DNA of 64,000 nucleotides, taken from Anthoceros angustus (lineage: Eukaryota > Plantae > Anthocerotophyta). Below, piece after piece: positions 59,087-64,000 of the stretch. Position 1 is the first letter of the stretch, and each line of letters opens with the position of its first letter. The notes under the pieces are model-generated. The model saw only the letters and a list, made by a program, of their open reading frames with translations, was not told the origin of the DNA and did not search any database. A program made the position numbers and the translations under genes. The stretch spans positions 2,170,001 through 2,234,000 of the forward strand of contig MU008160.1 of the NCBI GenBank assembly GCA_010909165.1. Reading direction: 5' to 3'.

Positions 59087-62000
59087 CTCCCACTCACTAT
59101 GAAGTAGGGGTAAAGACTAGCTATCCAATAAGCTAAGTAGCTAAGGAGAACTCCCACTTATTGAGAAATAGGGCCTAAAAAGTTGAAATGAAAACTTGAA
59201 CTGAAAATACATTTCATCGTTATTGCCTCCATAATAAAGTTGAAATAACTAGCCTTGATAACGGGCTGTAAATATGGCATAAGTAAATATCACTGAAAAA
59301 TATGGTCTTCAATTTAATGAATATAAGGATAAGGCCATATTCCTCCAACCACTAAAAGCAGTGTATGTGAAACCCGTCTCCATCCACTAGTTGTTGCTTC
59401 ATTCGACAAGGGCAAGCAAGAGCTATGGCGAGGTTGAAATGCCTAGAGGAAGCATATGCCGAAAACAACGGCATGCGCTGAAGGACTGTGAGTAGGAGGG
59501 CATCACTTGCCTATAGGGACTCTCGCGGCCGATTTGCAGGAGTCCCTATCAACAAGAAACAGTCTCCAAAGGCCCATCATGCACAAACAACTCCGTCTTC
59601 TTGAAGGCCGAAAATCCAGCATACCCCTCAGCGTCCACGAGGAAACCATCAGCAAACAACAAGCTTGATCATCTTGTCTTCATCAGATGACGAAAACGGA
59701 GAAGAGGAAGGAGGAGATTGGAGCCATGCCACTAGAGAAGACGGGAAAGGTGAGATACCTCCCTTCTTTCCTTCTTATTGTTGCTGCTGTGGAAAAGCCG
59801 TAGGACACATGCTCCATGCTCCTTGGTACTTGTGGCACCACCCTCTCCGGCTGCTAACCAACCAAGTGTGGACGATGAAGGTGAAAAAAAAACCCATGTT
59901 TGCAGATCTGCAAAAGTCACGCACACATGACCCACAGATACGGATCTGTAGGTCCTCTTTGCTGGTTGTGTGAGCACGCTCCTACAGCGCGTGGCGCGAC
60001 GCGCCTATAAATCTGCTGTAAAGCTTGGAGGGAGATGGCGCCTGCAGAACGCGGAGGCACCCACAAAACACCTGTGCGCCTTGGTGAAGGATGGCGCCCA
60101 CAGGACGCGAGCCCGTCCTTAGGCCATATGTGTGTCTTGGAGGAGGAGAGCGCCTGCAGATTGCAGGCGCATCTTGCAGCTTGCTGCTTGTTAGCAGCCC
60201 ATAAGCACGCCTTGGGGCTGTCACGTCTTGAATCTGCTGGAAACTGACAGAGGCGCTCCTCTCTTGATGGAGTCGTCCTCCTTACATCCAACAGATGGCG
60301 CATGGACGCCTCTCTTCCACACACTGTTCTTGAGAAGAAGCTTGGATTGAAATATCTTGTGCTCGAGATGGTTGCAGCGGGCTGACGTGATTCCTTGTGA
60401 AGCTGATTATTACATCTGTAGATAAGATGACACATCCAAGTTGTATGTGGCTAAGATGTCTTGGATCTTTGGTGGCATGTGTGCAGAGATAAGGATAAGG
60501 GAAAAGTTTGACGACTGACAAAGACACAGGTATGTATTTTTCTTTTGTCATTCAGTGGGAATCCCTTAGAATATTTCCAGGAAACTGCTGATATAAGAAA
60601 ATAGGCTAACGTAAATTTCTACTTGCATAAATTGCAGATGCGGCTTACTCAAAATGTAACAGGAGAAATGATAATATCCCAACATGCAGAAACGTGGGCT
60701 ACTATAAACCAGGCTTGTTGCCCCTAGGAGACTATGAGAAGAAAGTCTATGTTGTTACCCTAGGGAAAGAAACTAGTCGAGGTGATGTGCCATAAGCCTA
60801 TGTCTGTGAGGAAACAGGGATCCATATGATGAAGATAGCCTGTCTACCATGTGAGGAATTTCCAGGGCACATGAAACACGTGTTTCGTAAGTGCCTTTGG
60901 TGTTAAGCTAATCCCGTTACAATATAACTTTATTATATTAAATATATAATACTTTATTATGTTTAATATTAATATATGCCTAAAACTACAAGGGCATTTT
61001 TGCAGGATGTGTGTGGACAATTAATGATGAGGCTGAAAAGGATGACAACTCCTATTTCGAAATAGAAGAGGAAATTTATGAAGAGGAAATAAACTTAAGT
61101 AATATTTCTGGGCTGTAATTATGAAATTAACTTAATTCCGCCCACTAGCTAAGTGTGAGATTAGGGTAGGGGTTTGGACACCAAGTCCATAATACCTAGA
61201 CACTTCATGTGTTTCCTATGCAACTCACGACCTAATGATTTTGTTAACAAATCAGCAGCATTATCTTTGGTTTGAATATAACTTATGTCTATTGTATTAT
61301 CTTCTAACTTCTCTCTTATAAAATGATTCTCAACTCCTACATGTTTTGTTGAGTGAAAACAGGGTTTCTAGCTAGGCAATGGCACCCTGACTATCACTAA
61401 ACAAAATTGTAGGCTTAAGTTGAAGATGTTGGAGTTAAGCCTAAAATTAATCGACTCCAAACTATATCCTTTGCCTAGGTTAATACCTACCCAGTTCGAT
61501 TTAGATAGGGCAACGGTAGGTTGTTTCTTACTTGACCAGGATATGGGAGCTCCTCCTAAAAGTAATACATAACGTCTGGATTATGAGTCGGGATCACCAT
61601 AGTCGCATCTGCATAAGTTAATAATATTAACTTCTCGATGCCGGGTGTATGCTTAAACATTAGTCCTGTTTGCATAGTCCCCTTCAAATATCTGAAGATG
61701 CGCTTAACTGATGTCCAATGCTCACGTCCGGATTCTCCAAAAATTGGGAGCGGAGCTTACTTCAAAAGCAATATCGGTCTAGTAAAATTACTCAAATATG
61801 AGAGTGCCAACGGCATGTCGATATGGCTACATCTCTAACTTCTCTTGTCTTGGGACTCATATCGAAGTAAGCCTAACTCCACCGGCAAAAGGTGTAGAAG
61901 CAGCATCCTCAAGACCAAACTTAACTAAGCATTCTTTAATGTACTTAGTTTGTACAATGCTTAAAGTCTTATCATCACGATTTCTAATGATATTAACTCC

Positions 62001-64000
62001 TAGTGCATATGTCATCTCTCCTAAGTCAGACATCTCAAACAAAGTCCTCAACCAGCCTTTGTTTCTGCTAGGAGTGTAGGAGAAGATGTGGCCATAAAGA
62101 CATCGTCAACATATAATAGGAGATAAAATATATCTTTACCAGATATAAGAATATATAAACAAGTAATATTTCGGGCTGTAATTATGAAATTAACTTAATT
62201 CCGCCCACTAGCTGCTAGGTGTGAGATTAGGGTAGGGGTTTGGACACCAAGTCCATAATACCTAGACACTTCATGTGTTTCCTATGCAACTCACGACCTA
62301 ATGATTTTGTTAACAAATCAGCAGCATTATCTTTGGTTTGAATATAACTTATGTCTATTGTATTATCTTCTAACTTCTCTCTTATAAAATGATTCTCAAC
62401 TCCTACATGTTATGTCACGAGTGAAAACAGGGTTTCTAGCTAGGCAATGGCACCGACTATCACTAAACAAAATTGTAGGCTTGTTGAAGATGTTGGAGTT
62501 CCTAAAATTAATCGACTCCAAACTATATCCTTTTCTCTGAGGTTAATACCCTATACTCAGTTGGTACTAGATAGGGCAACGGTAGGTTGTTTCTTACTTG
62601 ACCAGGATATGGGAGCTCCTCCTAAAAGTAATACATAACCCGATAATGGATTTGATTACCAAAGATAGTCGCAAATGTCAAGATAAGTCGTTAATATTAA
62701 CTTCTCGATGCCGGGTGTATGCTTAAACATTAGTCCTGTTTGCATAGTCCCCTTCAAATATCTGAAGATGCGCTTAACTGATGTCCAATTCTCACGTCCG
62801 GGATTCTCCAAAAATTGGGAGCAGGAGCTTACTTCAAAAGCAATATCTGGTCTAGTAAAATTACTCAAATATATGAGAGTGCCAACGGCATGTCGATATG
62901 GAACTGCTGACATCTCTAACTTCTCTTCGGCTGTCTTGGGACTCATATCAGAAGTAAGCCTAACTCCACTGGCAAAAGGTGTAGAAGCCGGCTTAGCATC
63001 CTCAAGACCAAACTTAACTAAGCATTCTTTAATGTACTTAGTTTGTACAATGCTTAAAGTCTTATCATCACGATTTCTAATGATATTAACTCCTAGTGCA
63101 TATGTCATCTCTCCTAAGTCGACATCTCAAACAAAGTCCTCAACCAGCCTTTGTTTCGCTAGGAGTGTAGGAGAAGATGCCATAAAGACATCGATCAACA
63201 TATAATAGGAGATAAAATATATCTTTACCAAATATAAGAATATATAAACAAGCGTCGGCTTGACTGTGTTTAAATCCTCTGCCGACAAGTTGCACATGAA
63301 TAGTTAAGTTCCAATTCTTGCCTGAATGCTTGAGGGCATAAAGGCCTTTAATAAGTCGGCATACCCAATCCTCTTTGTCTTTAACTTCGTAACCCTCAGG
63401 TTGTCTCATGTATATTTCTTCTTTCAAGCGCCCATATAAATATGCTGTCTTTACATCCATCATACGGAGTTCAAGATCAAATTGGGTAGTTAAAGCAAAT
63501 ATCATTCGAAGTGTGGCAAACTTGGCTACTGGGGCATAAGTAGCCCAAGGTATGTAATCCAAACCAGGAACTTGAGTAAAACCTCTAGCAACTAAACGTG
63601 CCTTATATCTCTCGATGGAACCATCTCCTTTTCTCTTAATTTTAAATACCCACTTGCTGGTAACTATCTTCCGGCCCTTAGGTGGTTTGACTAATTCCCA
63701 TGTAGAGTTATTAATTAAGGAATTGTACTCGGAATCTACAGCTACCTTCCATAAGTCTTTTTCAGGAGAGGAGAAAGCTTGTTTTAAGGTAAGTGGTTCT
63801 TCTGGGTCAAGAGTAGCTTTATAGACAGCTTGTGAGTAAAGAGACAAAGGAGGCATAGGATCATCAAAAACAGCCAAGTATCCTAAAGGAGGTTCCATCC
63901 AACCGCAGACTGTGAATAGCGTGACGGACTCGAGGTTGTACCGGGTGCAAAGCATTCCATAGGAGCTGGATCATCTATATGATCATCAGACTCTTCATCA
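59087..64000 (-). mobile_element. Copia (family J) 3' half: RT, RNase H, ~2 kb 3' region; runs off the window; 61095-62160 duplicated at 62160-63250
   Basis: ORF 63140-63955 with NNSTWELV..KWVFKIK..YKARLVARGF..LLLYVD; ORF 62656-63108 with PYRHAVGTLIY..TRPDIAF; RNase H GGAPISWSSKKQPTVALS and HSTKHVGVENHF..ADLLTK. Linking it to the 58876 LTR is inferred from orientation and the PPT. Confidence 0.88.

Noticed and set aside
59780-60320. RING-finger E3 ligase gene from the CAICW / CGSC..FCRS / MCPT fragments
   Set aside because: Ligand spacing does not fit RING and the pieces are far apart or in different frames; kept only as a general low-confidence finding.

Overview
This is eukaryotic, plant-type DNA, about 90% nested LTR retrotransposons around one intact host gene. 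The gene is a five-exon type-B (ARR-B/RRB-like) cytokinin response regulator (CDS 29749-32018, receiver + GARP/Myb, 523 aa). From memory its sequence looks moss/bryophyte-like; I could not verify this. TE content: (1) two copies of a chromodomain-bearing Ty3/gypsy element; (2) a complete, young Copia (11985-18611; AAGAC TSD, Met PBS, PPT) plus at least four other Copia families as fragments or solo LTRs; (3) a non-chromovirus (Athila/Phygy-like) gypsy pol fragment; (4) three diverged loci of a family I label 'F'. Family F has a ~0.85-0.9 kb LTR preceded by two accessory ORFs (ORF1, distantly Transposase_32/Athila-env-like; ORF2, long coiled coil) and by clusters of a CCTACC-NN-GGTAGG palindrome. 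Family F is the most unusual system here. ORF1 motifs are conserved between diverged copies, ORF1 lies in opposite orientations in two copies, a ~436-bp PPT-bearing segment is inverted between TCACA/TGTGA ends, and ORF2 is tandemly amplified. Main caveat: about 12 head-to-tail 0.3-2.2 kb duplications with indel-rich copies, plus frameshifts even in the young Copia while the unique gene is clean, suggest unpolished long-read or assembly noise in the repeats. All alignments were done by eye, and no CRISPR, rRNA or tRNA genes were seen.
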